Below, in pieces: positions 35,974-45,605 of a DNA stretch of 64,000 nt. The translations under genes were made by a program, and so were the position numbers. The DNA comes from Akkermansiaceae bacterium (GTDB lineage Bacteria > Verrucomicrobiota > Verrucomicrobiia > Verrucomicrobiales > Akkermansiaceae), in assembly GCA_051251915.1 (NCBI GenBank), contig JBPOGF010000001.1, positions 128,001 to 192,000 of the forward strand, given 5' to 3'. How positions within the stretch are numbered: the stretch's first letter is position 1; each line of letters starts with the position of its first letter. The notes beneath the pieces were generated by a model, which was given only the letters and a program-made list of their open reading frames with translations, was not told the DNA's origin and ran no database searches.

Positions 35974-37155
35974 ATGATTTATTTAGACAGTAATGCTACT
36001 ACGCAGGTGCATCCGGAGGTGTTGGAGGTGATGATGCCGTATTTGACGGATCAGTGTTATAATCCGTCTAGTGGGTATAGGGCGGGGAAGTTGGTGAAGG
36101 GGGCTGTGGAGGCTGCGCGGGAGCAGGTGGCGAGGTTGATAGGGGCGGATGCGCGGGAGATTTATTTTACGGGGTGTGGGACTGAGGCGAATAATGCGGT
36201 GTTGTATTCGTTGGCGGGGATGTGTGGGGAGAATAGGAGGATTGTGACGAGTGAGATAGAGCATAGTGCGATCTTGCGGGTGTGTGAGCATTTGGCGGAG
36301 CGTGGGTTTGTGATAGATAAGGTGGGGGTGGATGCTGGTGGGAGATTGGATTTGGGAGCTTGGGAGAAGGCTGTGAATGCTGAGGGTGTGGCGTTTGCGA
36401 CGGTGATGTGGGCGAATAATGAGACTGGGATTATCCAGCCAATAGAGGAGGCTTGTGCTCTGGCGAAGGCGGCGAGGGTGCCGCTTCATACGGATGCGAT
36501 TCAGGCGGTGGGGAAGACGAGGGTGGATGTGAGGGAGGTGCCGGTGGATTTTCTGTCGATTTCAGGGCATAAGTTTCATGCTCCGAAGGGGGTGGGGGCA
36601 CTGTATGTGCGGAGTGGGTTGAGGTTTGAGCCGATGTTGAGGGGAGGGGGGCAGGAGAGTGGGGTCCGGAGTGGGACTGAGAATGTGGCGTCGATCGTGG
36701 GGATGGGGAAGGCTGCGGAGATTATGCAGGGGAGACTGGATGATGATGGTCATGCAGGGGTGGGTGAGTTGCGGGATTATTTGGAGGGGATTTTGATGGA
36801 GAATTTAGAGGGTGTGGAGGTGAATGGTGCTGTGGAGTTTAGGGCGGCGAATACGTTGCATTTGGCATTTGAGCATTGTGAGGCTTCTGGGTTGTTGATT
36901 TTGTTAGATGAGTATGGTGTGGCTTGTTCGGCTGGGTCTGCTTGTATGACTGGGAAGCAGCAACCGTCTCACGTGCAGAAGGCGATGGGGTTTAGTAATG
37001 AGCGGGCGAATAGTAGTTTGCGGATATCGTTGAGTATTTTTACGACGAAGGAGGAGGTCGAGGAGGCTGGGAAGATGATAGTGAAGGCGGTGAAGAAGTT
37101 GCGGAGTGTGCAGGGTGGTGGTGGGGTGGGGCCGGTGGTTATTTATACGGGGTGA
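35974..37155 (+). CDS. Cysteine desulfurase (IscS/NifS type)
   Basis: IYLDSNATT, NPSS, HTDAIQ, SGHKFHAPKG (PLP Lys), RSGTENV, SAGSAC. Confidence 0.95.
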   Translation: MIYLDSNATTQVHPEVLEVMMPYLTDQCYNPSSGYRAGKLVKGAVEAAREQVARLIGADAREIYFTGCGTEANNAVLYSLAGMCGENRRIVTSEIEHSAILRVCEHLAERGFVIDKVGVDAGGRLDLGAWEKAVNAEGVAFATVMWANNETGIIQPIEEACALAKAARVPLHTDAIQAVGKTRVDVREVPVDFLSISGHKFHAPKGVGALYVRSGLRFEPMLRGGGQESGVRSGTENVASIVGMGKAAEIMQGRLDDDGHAGVGELRDYLEGILMENLEGVEVNGAVEFRAANTLHLAFEHCEASGLLILLDEYGVACSAGSACMTGKQQPSHVQKAMGFSNERANSSLRISLSIFTTKEEVEEAGKMIVKAVKKLRSVQGGGGVGPVVIYTG

Positions 37156-37156
37156 G

Positions 37157-37187
37157 GTTAGCGGTGATCAGTTAGCAGTGATCGGTG
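37157..37187. repeat. Degenerate heptamer tandem repeat, same family as in uvrA
   Basis: GTTAGCG GTGATCA GTTAGCA GTGATCG GTG immediately after the desulfurase stop. Confidence 0.7.
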
Positions 37188-37268
37188 GGGTTCGCTTTGC
37201 TCATCTTTTGGTTGGGGTGGTGGGGTAGTTCTTGATATGGGCTGTGTATGGATGTTATTGGTTAGATT

Positions 37269-37604
37269 ATGAAATTAAGAGAGCGATTTGAAGAGGGCTT
37301 AGGGGAGTTAGCTGATGTTGATGTTGGGTTGTGGAAGGATACTGATTTGATGTGTGTTTTTTATCGGGGGAAGGAGTTTGCTCATTTTCATGATCATGAG
37401 GAAATCGATGTTCGGTTGTCTCAAAAATTTATCAAACAGGAGGGGATTAGGCCATTGGTTGATTCTCCATACCATCTTAAGCGCTCTAAAAACTCGAGAT
37501 GGGTTCAGATGCGTTTTCAGACGGTGGAGGAGGTTGATGATTTGGTGGTTTTGATCCAGCGACTGATCGATGTTGAATACAAGGATTCTCATTGGGGTGG
37601 TTGA
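37269..37604 (+). CDS. DUF5519/luciferase-like family small protein
   Basis: GKEFAHFH...DVRL motif. Confidence 0.7.
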   Translation: MKLRERFEEGLGELADVDVGLWKDTDLMCVFYRGKEFAHFHDHEEIDVRLSQKFIKQEGIRPLVDSPYHLKRSKNSRWVQMRFQTVEEVDDLVVLIQRLIDVEYKDSHWGG

Positions 37605-37690
37605 TAAGTAGCCTGCCTGTTGGTTTGGTTTGGTTTGGTTTACGCAATTTGGCTATACAGAGTGTTCTTGTTGGGATAACTTTTATTTTT

Positions 37691-38170
37691 ATGAAAATTC
37701 TATTCTCTGTCTTTACGTTGTTTTTGGTTGTCACTTCTATATCGTTGGCTGAGGAGTCAGTGGTGAAGATTGCGAAGGTGGATTATTCTGAGGTGAGTGA
37801 TTTGCTGGAGGAGATTGTTTTGGCTCGGCCTGAGAATAAGGAGTTAGGGGAGAGGTTTTTGGCCCAGAAGAAAAAGTCGGATGAGTTACAGGAGATGATG
37901 CAGCAGGCGATATTGAAGGGGGAGAAGATTAATCCGATGGAGGCAGCTAGTGGGATGATGGATAGCCGGAATTCAGGAGATCGGAAAAAGATTGAGATGT
38001 TGTGTGAGAAGTTGGTTTTGGAGGTGATCGAGAAGGCTTTTGAGGATAAGTATCAGATCATTTTGAAGTCGGGTTACCGGAGTTCACTGCTTTATACGAA
38101 GGTGGCGATTGATGATGTGACGGATTTGCTTAGGCAGGAGCTTTTGGGGCAGCTGCCGGAGAAGAGGTAG
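37691..38170 (+). CDS. Periplasmic helical protein, Skp/OmpH-like
   Basis: Signal peptide, KIAKVD start, helical core, YQIIL...DDVTD end; start moved to ATG 37691. Confidence 0.6.
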   Translation: MKILFSVFTLFLVVTSISLAEESVVKIAKVDYSEVSDLLEEIVLARPENKELGERFLAQKKKSDELQEMMQQAILKGEKINPMEAASGMMDSRNSGDRKKIEMLCEKLVLEVIEKAFEDKYQIILKSGYRSSLLYTKVAIDDVTDLLRQELLGQLPEKR

Positions 38171-38185
38171 TTTTAAAGATGGATT

Positions 38186-38620
38186 ATGGATACTCGTGAA
38201 CTGGAGGTGCGGCTTTTGGCTGAGGGTTGTAGTATGAGTAATTTCGCGATTAATCATCGGGGGAGTGGTAGTGATCTTTATTGTTTGGGGAAGAAGGGTG
38301 AGGTCTGGTCAGTGTTTTATACGGAGCGCGGGAGAGACTCTGAGCCTATTTTTGAGTCAGTTTCTGAGGAGGAGGCTTGTTTGTTTTATTATGATTTGAT
38401 GAAGAAGATGGACCATTGGCATTTGGTTGGGTTCTTTGCTGATGAGGCTTCTGCTTTGGAGCTGCAGGGGAGGTTGACGGATATTGGGGTTGTGTTCATT
38501 CGGAATGATATTCCGGCTTATAAGCATGCTGATGACCCGCGGTACCGGTTGTTTGTGGTTGGGGAGGATATTTTTAAGGTGAGAGAGTTACTTGGTGATC
38601 GTTTTGGAGGGAGTATTTAG
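38186..38620 (+). CDS. Hypothetical protein
   Basis: 144-aa ORF; WSVFYTERG...SEEEAC motif. Confidence 0.75.
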   Translation: MDTRELEVRLLAEGCSMSNFAINHRGSGSDLYCLGKKGEVWSVFYTERGRDSEPIFESVSEEEACLFYYDLMKKMDHWHLVGFFADEASALELQGRLTDIGVVFIRNDIPAYKHADDPRYRLFVVGEDIFKVRELLGDRFGGSI

Positions 38621-38638
38621 TTTTGGCCTGAGTGGAGG

Positions 38639-39082
38639 TTATTTTTTCTGTGACTGCATTTCACGTTGGCGCATGGGCATGGTGTCGATGAGTGCGAAGA
38701 TTGCTTTGAAGTCGAGTTTATCCCAGCGTTTCTTGAGCTTGCCGTCTTTTCCTATGAGGATGATTGTTGTGTTGGGCTTGTTCTGTTTTGAATCTTTTTT
38801 ATGGTATTGATTATTGATGGCTTTGAGTTGTGTGTTTGTGAGTGGAATAGGGTTATTGCTTATGGTTTTGCCATTGGTTTTAATCTGGTAGTAGATAAGG
38901 TGACGGTCGGTGATATTTTTGTTGAATTTTAGGAATTCTTCAGAGTAATCATTTTCCGCATAGATAATCAATACACGGTGTTTCCATAGATGTTTATCCA
39001 GTGAACTGGCTTGGCTGATGGAGGGACATAGAAATGCGCATGTGCCGGCGATAGATAGGATTAGGAATAGAAATTTTCTCAT
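38639..39082 (-). CDS. DUF4174-family protein
   Basis: WKHRVLII, ILIGKDG, FALIDTMPMRQREM. Confidence 0.88.
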   Translation of the reverse strand: MRKFLFLILSIAGTCAFLCPSISQASSLDKHLWKHRVLIIYAENDYSEEFLKFNKNITDRHLIYYQIKTNGKTISNNPIPLTNTQLKAINNQYHKKDSKQNKPNTTIILIGKDGKLKKRWDKLDFKAIFALIDTMPMRQREMQSQKK

Positions 39083-39218
39083 CGTTCATTATAACCCCAG
39101 ATTTTTAAAAACCAAAATACCTTTATTAAAGGAATTTAGTATAGAGTAGTTTCGCGGAGACTTAGGCCTAGTAACAAATCTGGTTTACAGACCAGTTACT
39201 CCGTGTCAAATTCTGGGT

Positions 39219-39653
39219 ATGAAACCTGGTGGACAAGAAGGAGGAGAAGGATACTTTTTAGGAGGTATCGCGTTGGTTATTGCTGGGCTGTATTTCTTTA
39301 TGGACTCGGTCTATGTAACTACGGGGCAGTATGGGGCGATCAGTGGGATGATAGGTAGGGGGAGAAATGGGATGGAGACGACTTCGATGGGGATTGTGTT
39401 TTTGCCGTTTTTGATCGGGGTGGGGGTGTTGTTTTATGATGCTTCTAAGCGATGGGGGTGGTGGCTGGCGGGTCTCGGTTTGATGATGTTGGTGATCGAG
39501 ATGGTGAGCCGGATTCATTTCCGTATGGAGATCAAGTCTTCAACGTTTTTGTTGATGTTTTGTTTTATGGCTGCGGGTGCAGGGTTAGCTACACGCGGGC
39601 TTCTGCTGAATAAAAGGAAGGAAAAAGAGGAGCGGAAAAAGGATAAAGGGTAG
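39219..39653 (+). CDS. Four-TM membrane hypothetical protein
   Basis: PGGQEGG N-terminus and four hydrophobic helices. Confidence 0.8.
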   Translation: MKPGGQEGGEGYFLGGIALVIAGLYFFMDSVYVTTGQYGAISGMIGRGRNGMETTSMGIVFLPFLIGVGVLFYDASKRWGWWLAGLGLMMLVIEMVSRIHFRMEIKSSTFLLMFCFMAAGAGLATRGLLLNKRKEKEERKKDKG

Positions 39654-39657
39654 ATCT

Positions 39658-39978
39658 TTAGCTGATGAAGCGGTAGATCCAGAGGCAGACGGAGGTGATG
39701 GCTAGGACTAGGAATACGAAGAGGACTCCGTTTTTAGCTTGGTGTCTGTGCTCGTTTTTGAGCTCGCCTCGGCTGAGGCGGTCAAAGAATTCTTTTTCGC
39801 GACGGACGGTTATAATTTCATCTGGAGCGGGGAGGGTTTGCATGCGCTCAATTTCTGCGGCGCGGCGTTTGGTAGGCTCGTTCTCGATGAAATCTCGGAG
39901 TGACTCGATCTCATTTTTAACGGCCTCATTGACTTGTGTGAGGTCGTCTAGTTCAGGGAGTGTGAGTTGCTTAGCCAT
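39658..39978 (-). CDS. Hypothetical protein with C-terminal TM anchor
   Basis: Coiled coil, TLPAPDEI, C-terminal hydrophobic helix. Confidence 0.75.
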   Translation of the reverse strand: MAKQLTLPELDDLTQVNEAVKNEIESLRDFIENEPTKRRAAEIERMQTLPAPDEIITVRREKEFFDRLSRGELKNEHRHQAKNGVLFVFLVLAITSVCLWIYRFIS

Positions 39979-40002
39979 TGCATGAGGATACTGCGTAAAT
40001 GA

Positions 40003-40653
40003 TTATTTTGCAAAGAAAAGGATCATAGCGATCACGCCGAGAATCACGATTGGTAAGTTGAATGCGATGCCTTGCTTGAACATGGTCATGAATTCACTTT
40101 GTTCGGCAGGTGATGCCTTAGCTGAGATTTTGGAAGCTTTCTTGCCGTTGCCGAAGATGCCTGAGTGAGCGCCGTTAGCGAAATAAGCGATAGCTTCATC
40201 GTATTCGTCTTCTGCGTGGTCGAGGACTGAGACGGCTTTGGTGAGTTCTTTTTGTAGTTGCTCACGTGTCCATGACTCAGGGTGAATGCTGTCGATTTTT
40301 TGTTGGTGCTCAGCGAAACATTTGCGTGTCTGCTCCAGGTCTTCCATGTCTTGGCGCATCTCATAGAGTGAGCGGTCGATGGATGTGAGGCAGACGGATA
40401 GCCTTTCTGTCATGTTGACTTGGCCGTCGAGGAAATCTTCTTTGCGTTTGGTGAGCTCTTCTAACTCAGCTTTTTGCTGTTCTATGAGTTCTTGTTGATG
40501 TTGTAGTTGCTCTAGCTTGTGCTGAGCTGCTACGAGTTTGCCTTCAAAGTCATCTGTGATGGGTGCGGCTTCGCTGAGTGTGCCGTCAGACATTTCCATC
40601 TGTGAGTTGTTGACTTTGAGTTGTTGCTTGCGAGGTTCTTTAAGAGTAGGCAT
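40003..40653 (-). CDS. Coiled-coil protein with C-terminal TM anchor
   Basis: E/Q/K-rich heptads, GIAFNLPIVILG tail. Confidence 0.8.
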   Translation of the reverse strand: MPTLKEPRKQQLKVNNSQMEMSDGTLSEAAPITDDFEGKLVAAQHKLEQLQHQQELIEQQKAELEELTKRKEDFLDGQVNMTERLSVCLTSIDRSLYEMRQDMEDLEQTRKCFAEHQQKIDSIHPESWTREQLQKELTKAVSVLDHAEDEYDEAIAYFANGAHSGIFGNGKKASKISAKASPAEQSEFMTMFKQGIAFNLPIVILGVIAMILFFAK

Positions 40654-40833
40654 GATTTTGTTCGTTTTAGTTGGGGAATAGCCACTTTTAACTTAATTTG
40701 TGTGTCCTGTGAAGCATTATTTAATTTTTCTTGACTATTTATTATCTCTTACAAAATAAGCGATTAGTGGGGATGACCGGGATGGTGGAAAAAAGTCCCT
40801 TGCTGAGTGAAATTATGAGACTATAGTTTCTGC

Positions 40834-42054
40834 ATGTTATCAGAAAAGACAGAGAAAGTAGCTGAGATTACTACCGATTATTTATGTGATGAGATCATGA
40901 TGCATCCTGAGAAGCGTGAGTTTCCAGCATTTGATGTGGCACGGCTTTTAAGTACAGTTTTTGAGCCTACGCAGGGTTGTAGGGTTTGTATTTTGACAGA
41001 TTTTGATGATCCTCAGAAGTGGATGAAGGATTTTGCTTTTCTTAAGGAAGATGGATATGATGTTCAGAAGAATGCGGTTAAGCACTTTTATCAGCCGTTT
41101 ATTGATGGTGTGATGGATCAACTTGGAATGTCAGGGGGTGAGATGTTTGCGTATTATACAACGAATGGATCTAATCTGGATATGAAGGATGATGTTTTTG
41201 ATGTGGAGGGGAATCACTTGTCTCTCGATAAGGACATCTACACGAAATACGACATCATACTCTGCATTACTGACTGGAGTGCTACGGCTCCGCTGACTGC
41301 GAAGTGTAAGGAATTTGGCTTCCGTGGTGCGACGATGCACGGGATGAATGATGTTATTTTAAATTCGGGTCTAGCGGTTGATTATAATTTAGTGGCTGCG
41401 GATGCTGAGAAAATGAGGTTGGCGATGACGAAGGCGGATTCTATAGAGGTGGATTTCACGTTAGAGGATGGCAGGGTGCTGACGGCTTGGTTAGGCCTGG
41501 ATGGTCAAGAAGCTCAGAAGTCTCAGGGGCTTTGTAAGGGGATGGATCCGGATGTGGCGAATTTACCAGCTGGAGAAGTCTACTTTGTGCCGACTGATGC
41601 TAGGGGTGAATTTCCAATGAAATATGAGGACGGAACACTCGGATTGCTAACCGTTACAGATCGGAGCATAGTAAAGTCCACTTTAATAGAAGGAAACCAA
41701 AAAACAATAGATGCTCATAATACACGGCTGGAAAACGATGCTATGACAGGAACTATTGGAGAATTAGGCTTCGGAACTCAGATTCTGCCAGTTTCATTTT
41801 CTGACATTCAGGACGAAAAGGTAATTGGAACTTGCCATTTAGCCACTGGCAGAGATGATCACTTAGGTGGAGACATTATCCCTGAGATGTTCAAGGTTCA
41901 CGAGAACAGCACTCACGACGATATACTGTTTGCCCCTCATAAGACTCCGAACTTCAACGTAAGTGAAGTAAGGATGAATAAGGGAGGAAAAACAGAAGTC
42001 ATCATCGAAAATTTCAGACCAAGCGAATTTGTTAAGAATGCGCTTCGGTTATAA
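40834..42054 (+). CDS. M29-like (thermophilic metalloprotease/aminopeptidase) protein
   Basis: ANLPAGEVY, IGELGFG, QDEKVIGTCHLATG, THDD. Confidence 0.75.
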   Translation: MLSEKTEKVAEITTDYLCDEIMMHPEKREFPAFDVARLLSTVFEPTQGCRVCILTDFDDPQKWMKDFAFLKEDGYDVQKNAVKHFYQPFIDGVMDQLGMSGGEMFAYYTTNGSNLDMKDDVFDVEGNHLSLDKDIYTKYDIILCITDWSATAPLTAKCKEFGFRGATMHGMNDVILNSGLAVDYNLVAADAEKMRLAMTKADSIEVDFTLEDGRVLTAWLGLDGQEAQKSQGLCKGMDPDVANLPAGEVYFVPTDARGEFPMKYEDGTLGLLTVTDRSIVKSTLIEGNQKTIDAHNTRLENDAMTGTIGELGFGTQILPVSFSDIQDEKVIGTCHLATGRDDHLGGDIIPEMFKVHENSTHDDILFAPHKTPNFNVSEVRMNKGGKTEVIIENFRPSEFVKNALRL

Positions 42055-42079
42055 AGATTGTTCATTGGGGGATGAACTA

Positions 42080-42132
42080 GCTCCGGTGCTCACTAAGGTT
42101 TTTATCCTTGTAGTGCCGGAGCGATTTTTTTT
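42080..42132 (+). terminator. Probable intrinsic terminator
   Basis: GCTCCGGTGCT...AGTGCCGGAGC followed by T8. Confidence 0.65.
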
Positions 42133-42141
42133 ATATAGGGC

Positions 42142-43071
42142 ATGTTTAACACACTGACTTATGGGAAGCACTTGATGCGATCTCTAAATACTAGCCGATT
42201 TACAGTTTTGGCTCTCTTGGTAACGATAAGTTGTCTTTCTTCTGAACGCGGTAATGCTGCGCCTCCGATTATCGATGATGCGGCTCTGATTAAGGGGCTG
42301 GATGATAAGATTGGTAAGTTGACGGTAAAGCACAAAGAGATGTCTAGCAAAGTGCTGACTGCGCAATATGAGCGCAAGAGCACGGTTCTGACACTCCCGG
42401 AGATAAACAAGAAAGATTTAGAGGATATCTATGCTTCATCTGTGGAGAGTGTGGGGATCATTACTTCTGTGTATAAATGTACGAAATGCCCACACTGGCA
42501 TAGATCTGGATGTGCTTCATGCTGGGTGCTGACTGAGGATGGGGTGATGGTGACGAACTTTCATGTGTTCCGTGATAAGGATGTGGCGGGGTTTGGGGTG
42601 CTGATGAGTGATGGTACTGTGTCACCTGTGGTAGAGGTCTTAGCGACTGATAAAGAGCATGATATTTTGATTTTCCGAGTGGCTACTAGGAAAGAGAAGT
42701 ATAGGCCATTGGCTCTTGGAGATGCTCAGAAAGTGGGTGGGAATGCTCACATTATTGCACATCCAGATAGTAGATTTTTCACTTATACAGCTGGGCAGGT
42801 GAGCCGCTATTATATGAGTCGTAGTAAAAAGAAGTCTTACTGGATGGGAGTGACTGCGGAGTATGCGCGTGGGTCAAGTGGTGGTCCAGTGATGGATGAT
42901 GCTGGAAATGTGATAGGGATGGTGGCGAGTACGAATTCGATTTATTATCCGTCTAAAGATCCGAAAAAGAACCCTAGAGGGAATTTCCAGATGTTGATAA
43001 GGAATTGTGTTCCCGTGGATGCGATTAGGAAGATGATTACGAAGCCGGGGTCGGTAACAACAACAGATTAG
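42142..43071 (+). CDS. Exported trypsin-like (S1) serine protease with CxxCxxWH insert
   Basis: VTNFHV, HDILI, GSSGGP; CTKCPHWH. Confidence 0.88.
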   Translation: MFNTLTYGKHLMRSLNTSRFTVLALLVTISCLSSERGNAAPPIIDDAALIKGLDDKIGKLTVKHKEMSSKVLTAQYERKSTVLTLPEINKKDLEDIYASSVESVGIITSVYKCTKCPHWHRSGCASCWVLTEDGVMVTNFHVFRDKDVAGFGVLMSDGTVSPVVEVLATDKEHDILIFRVATRKEKYRPLALGDAQKVGGNAHIIAHPDSRFFTYTAGQVSRYYMSRSKKKSYWMGVTAEYARGSSGGPVMDDAGNVIGMVASTNSIYYPSKDPKKNPRGNFQMLIRNCVPVDAIRKMITKPGSVTTTD

Positions 43072-43074
43072 ATT

Positions 43075-43791
43075 ATGGATTACGAATCAGAAAAAGTTCT
43101 CAGCGACTATCTGTTGATGCATTTTGGCGAGCACGATCAACGGATGCCTTGGAGTTTTGGTAAGCTGGCTGCGTTGGATTTTCCGGCGCAGACGGTGAGC
43201 TATTTTACGCAGAAGCGTGTGGGGCTGAGCCTTGATCTTGGTTGTGCGGTGGGAGCCTCTTCTTTTCATCTGACTAAGACCTCTGGGAAAGTGATCGGGT
43301 TGGATTTCTCGCATTTGTTTATTGATACGGCAAATCAGCTCAAGGAGCATGGTGAGTTGGCGTATAGTTTTCAGGAGGAGGGGGAATATTTTGTTCCTGC
43401 GGTGGCGAAGATTCCTGAGGGAGCGGTGGCTGAGAATATTAGTTTTGCGCAGGGTGATGCGATGGACCTTCCTGAGGGGTTTAAGGGCTTTGACCGGGTT
43501 CATGCTGCGAACTTGATTTGTAGGTTGCCTGATCCGAAGAAGTTGTTGGATAGGTTGCCTAGTTTGGTGAAGCAGGGTGGGGAATTGGTATTGGCTACTC
43601 CGTTTTCGTGGTCTGAGGATTTCACGCCGAAGGAGAACTGGCCTCAGGGTGATAGCTGGGAGTGGCTGCAGGCATCGCTTGAAGAGCACTTTGAGTGCAT
43701 TAAGCATGCTGATGAGGTCTTTACTATACGGGATCATGTCCGTAAGTTTCAGTTAGGTGTTTCGAAAGTGAGTCACTGGAGAAGGCTGTAA
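43075..43791 (+). CDS. SAM-dependent methyltransferase resembling the OvoA C-terminal (4-mercaptohistidine N1-methyltransferase) domain
   Basis: YES...YLLMHFG, LDLGCAVG, GLDFS, NLICRLPDP, TPFSWSEDFTP, RDHVRKFQ. Confidence 0.8.
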   Translation: MDYESEKVLSDYLLMHFGEHDQRMPWSFGKLAALDFPAQTVSYFTQKRVGLSLDLGCAVGASSFHLTKTSGKVIGLDFSHLFIDTANQLKEHGELAYSFQEEGEYFVPAVAKIPEGAVAENISFAQGDAMDLPEGFKGFDRVHAANLICRLPDPKKLLDRLPSLVKQGGELVLATPFSWSEDFTPKENWPQGDSWEWLQASLEEHFECIKHADEVFTIRDHVRKFQLGVSKVSHWRRL

Positions 43792-43804
43792 ATGATATTG
43801 ATGA

Positions 43805-44674
43805 ATGAGTGATGAGCTGAAATTACCTAAAGACCCGGAAGAGCAGGAGCCTAATGATATAAAAGGGCTGAGGCATAAGATCTGGGCGGTTATTTTTGAG
43901 GCGGAGACGCCTTCGGGGAAGGTATTTGATGTGGTGTTACTCTGGGCGATTTTCTTCAGTGTACTTGCTGTCATGTTAGAGACAGTGGTTCCATTTCAGC
44001 AGAAGTATGGTGGGATGTTGACCATTGCGGAATGGTTTTTCACCATTTTCTTTACGATTGAATATTTAACGCGTCTTTGGGTGACGAGGAAGCCGATTAA
44101 GTATGCGACTAGTTTTTTTGGTATTATCGATTTGCTCTCGTGTTTGCCTACTTATTTGACCTTGATATTTACTGGTACGCATGGTTTCGCTGTGATCAGG
44201 ATTTTGCGTCTGTTGAGGATATTCCGAGTGCTTAAGATGGTGCACCATGTGCGAGGCGCGCAAGTGATCGCCTCGGGGTTGAGGAAATCTAAGGCGAAGA
44301 TCACGGTGTTCTTCTTTTCGGTTTTGATCTTTTCGGTGATAGCAGGGACCTTGATGTATCTGGTGGAGGGGAATGAATTACACACTCAGTTTACCAGTAT
44401 TCCGGCGAGTATTTATTATGCGATTGTTTCGATCACGACTGTGGGATATGGGGATATTACTGTATCTACTGATTTGGGTAGATTTCTGACGACGTTGATG
44501 ATTCTGGCAGGTTATGCGATTATTGCGGTTCCTACAGGGATTGTGAGTAGTGCGATGATACAGGCGGAGAATCCTTCTGATCTTAGCTCTGATGCTTGCC
44601 CTAGTTGTGGGGTACATGGCCATTTGGCGGACGCTAAATTTTGTCGCAAATGTGGTGAGAAAATGGACAAATGA
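43805..44674 (+). CDS. Voltage-gated-type potassium channel (ion transporter)
   Basis: S4 RILRLLRIFRVLK, filter TTVGYGD, C-terminal CPSC...CRKC zinc ribbon. Confidence 0.92.
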   Translation: MSDELKLPKDPEEQEPNDIKGLRHKIWAVIFEAETPSGKVFDVVLLWAIFFSVLAVMLETVVPFQQKYGGMLTIAEWFFTIFFTIEYLTRLWVTRKPIKYATSFFGIIDLLSCLPTYLTLIFTGTHGFAVIRILRLLRIFRVLKMVHHVRGAQVIASGLRKSKAKITVFFFSVLIFSVIAGTLMYLVEGNELHTQFTSIPASIYYAIVSITTVGYGDITVSTDLGRFLTTLMILAGYAIIAVPTGIVSSAMIQAENPSDLSSDACPSCGVHGHLADAKFCRKCGEKMDK

Positions 44675-44750
44675 TTAGCTAGTTGGTGGATTTTTAGATT
44701 TGTCACTGTGCTGGCTGGACACTGGCACATTCTATGAGTTAAATGCAGAC

Positions 44751-45599
44751 ATGCATCTAGTAGAACCTATCAACGGACACATTTCGAAATGGGGCGAAGG
44801 CCCGATCTGGCATAATGACGCGCTTGTCTACGTGGACATTGAGGGCCACAACGTCATTCGTCTTGACCCTGCGACGGGTGAGGAGAGAGTCTGGCCGGTG
44901 GGTGAGCGAGTTGGAACTGTGGTAGCTAGGGAGTCTGGAGGGATGGTGATAGCGGGGGATAATGGATTTTCATTCCTTGCTGAAAATGGTGATTTAACTG
45001 CCATTTCTGATCCGGAGCCGGATAAGGTGAATAATCGGTTTAACGATGGTAAGTGTTCACCTGATGGTCATTTCTTTGCGGGGACGATAAGTTTGGTGAA
45101 GGAGAAGGGTGATGCTAGTCTTTATAGGCTTAGTAAAGCGGGTGAGGTTACGGAGGTATATCCGGGAGTGACTAACTCGAACGGGATGGCTTGGTCGGCT
45201 GATGGGAAGACGATGTTCTATATTGATACGCCTACTTTATCGGTGAGTGCTTTTGATTATGAGGGTGGTGAAATTTCTAATCCGAGAAAAGTGGTGGATA
45301 CTTCTGCGATTAGTGCGTCACCTGATGGGATGGCGATTGATGAAGACGATAATCTATGGGTAGCGTTTTGTCATGGTGCATGTGTGGTTTGTTATGATGG
45401 TAAGACTGGTGAGGAGCTGCGGAAGGTGGATATTCCTTGTTTGGAGACTACTGCATGTGCGTTTGGGGGAGAGAATTTAGACACGCTTTACGTCACGACT
45501 GGGATTCATAAGTCAGAGGTGGAGGAGCATGCAGGTAAGGTTTTCAAGGTCACTGGGCTTGGGGTCAAGGGACAAAAAACTTACCTCTACCAAGGATAA
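44751..45599 (+). CDS. SMP-30/gluconolactonase family protein
   Basis: WGEGPIW, NRFNDGK, SNGMAWS, PDGMAID, TACAFGG; start moved to ATG 44751. Confidence 0.92.
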   Translation: MHLVEPINGHISKWGEGPIWHNDALVYVDIEGHNVIRLDPATGEERVWPVGERVGTVVARESGGMVIAGDNGFSFLAENGDLTAISDPEPDKVNNRFNDGKCSPDGHFFAGTISLVKEKGDASLYRLSKAGEVTEVYPGVTNSNGMAWSADGKTMFYIDTPTLSVSAFDYEGGEISNPRKVVDTSAISASPDGMAIDEDDNLWVAFCHGACVVCYDGKTGEELRKVDIPCLETTACAFGGENLDTLYVTTGIHKSEVEEHAGKVFKVTGLGVKGQKTYLYQG

Positions 45600-45605
45600 T
45601 TTACG

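Noticed and set aside
26434..37734. Many long overlapping ORFs rich in R/H/P/Q or G/V/W (e.g. 26647-27060, 35084-35377, 35983-36489)
   Set aside because: Shadow frames of real genes caused by the strand skew; no recognisable motifs
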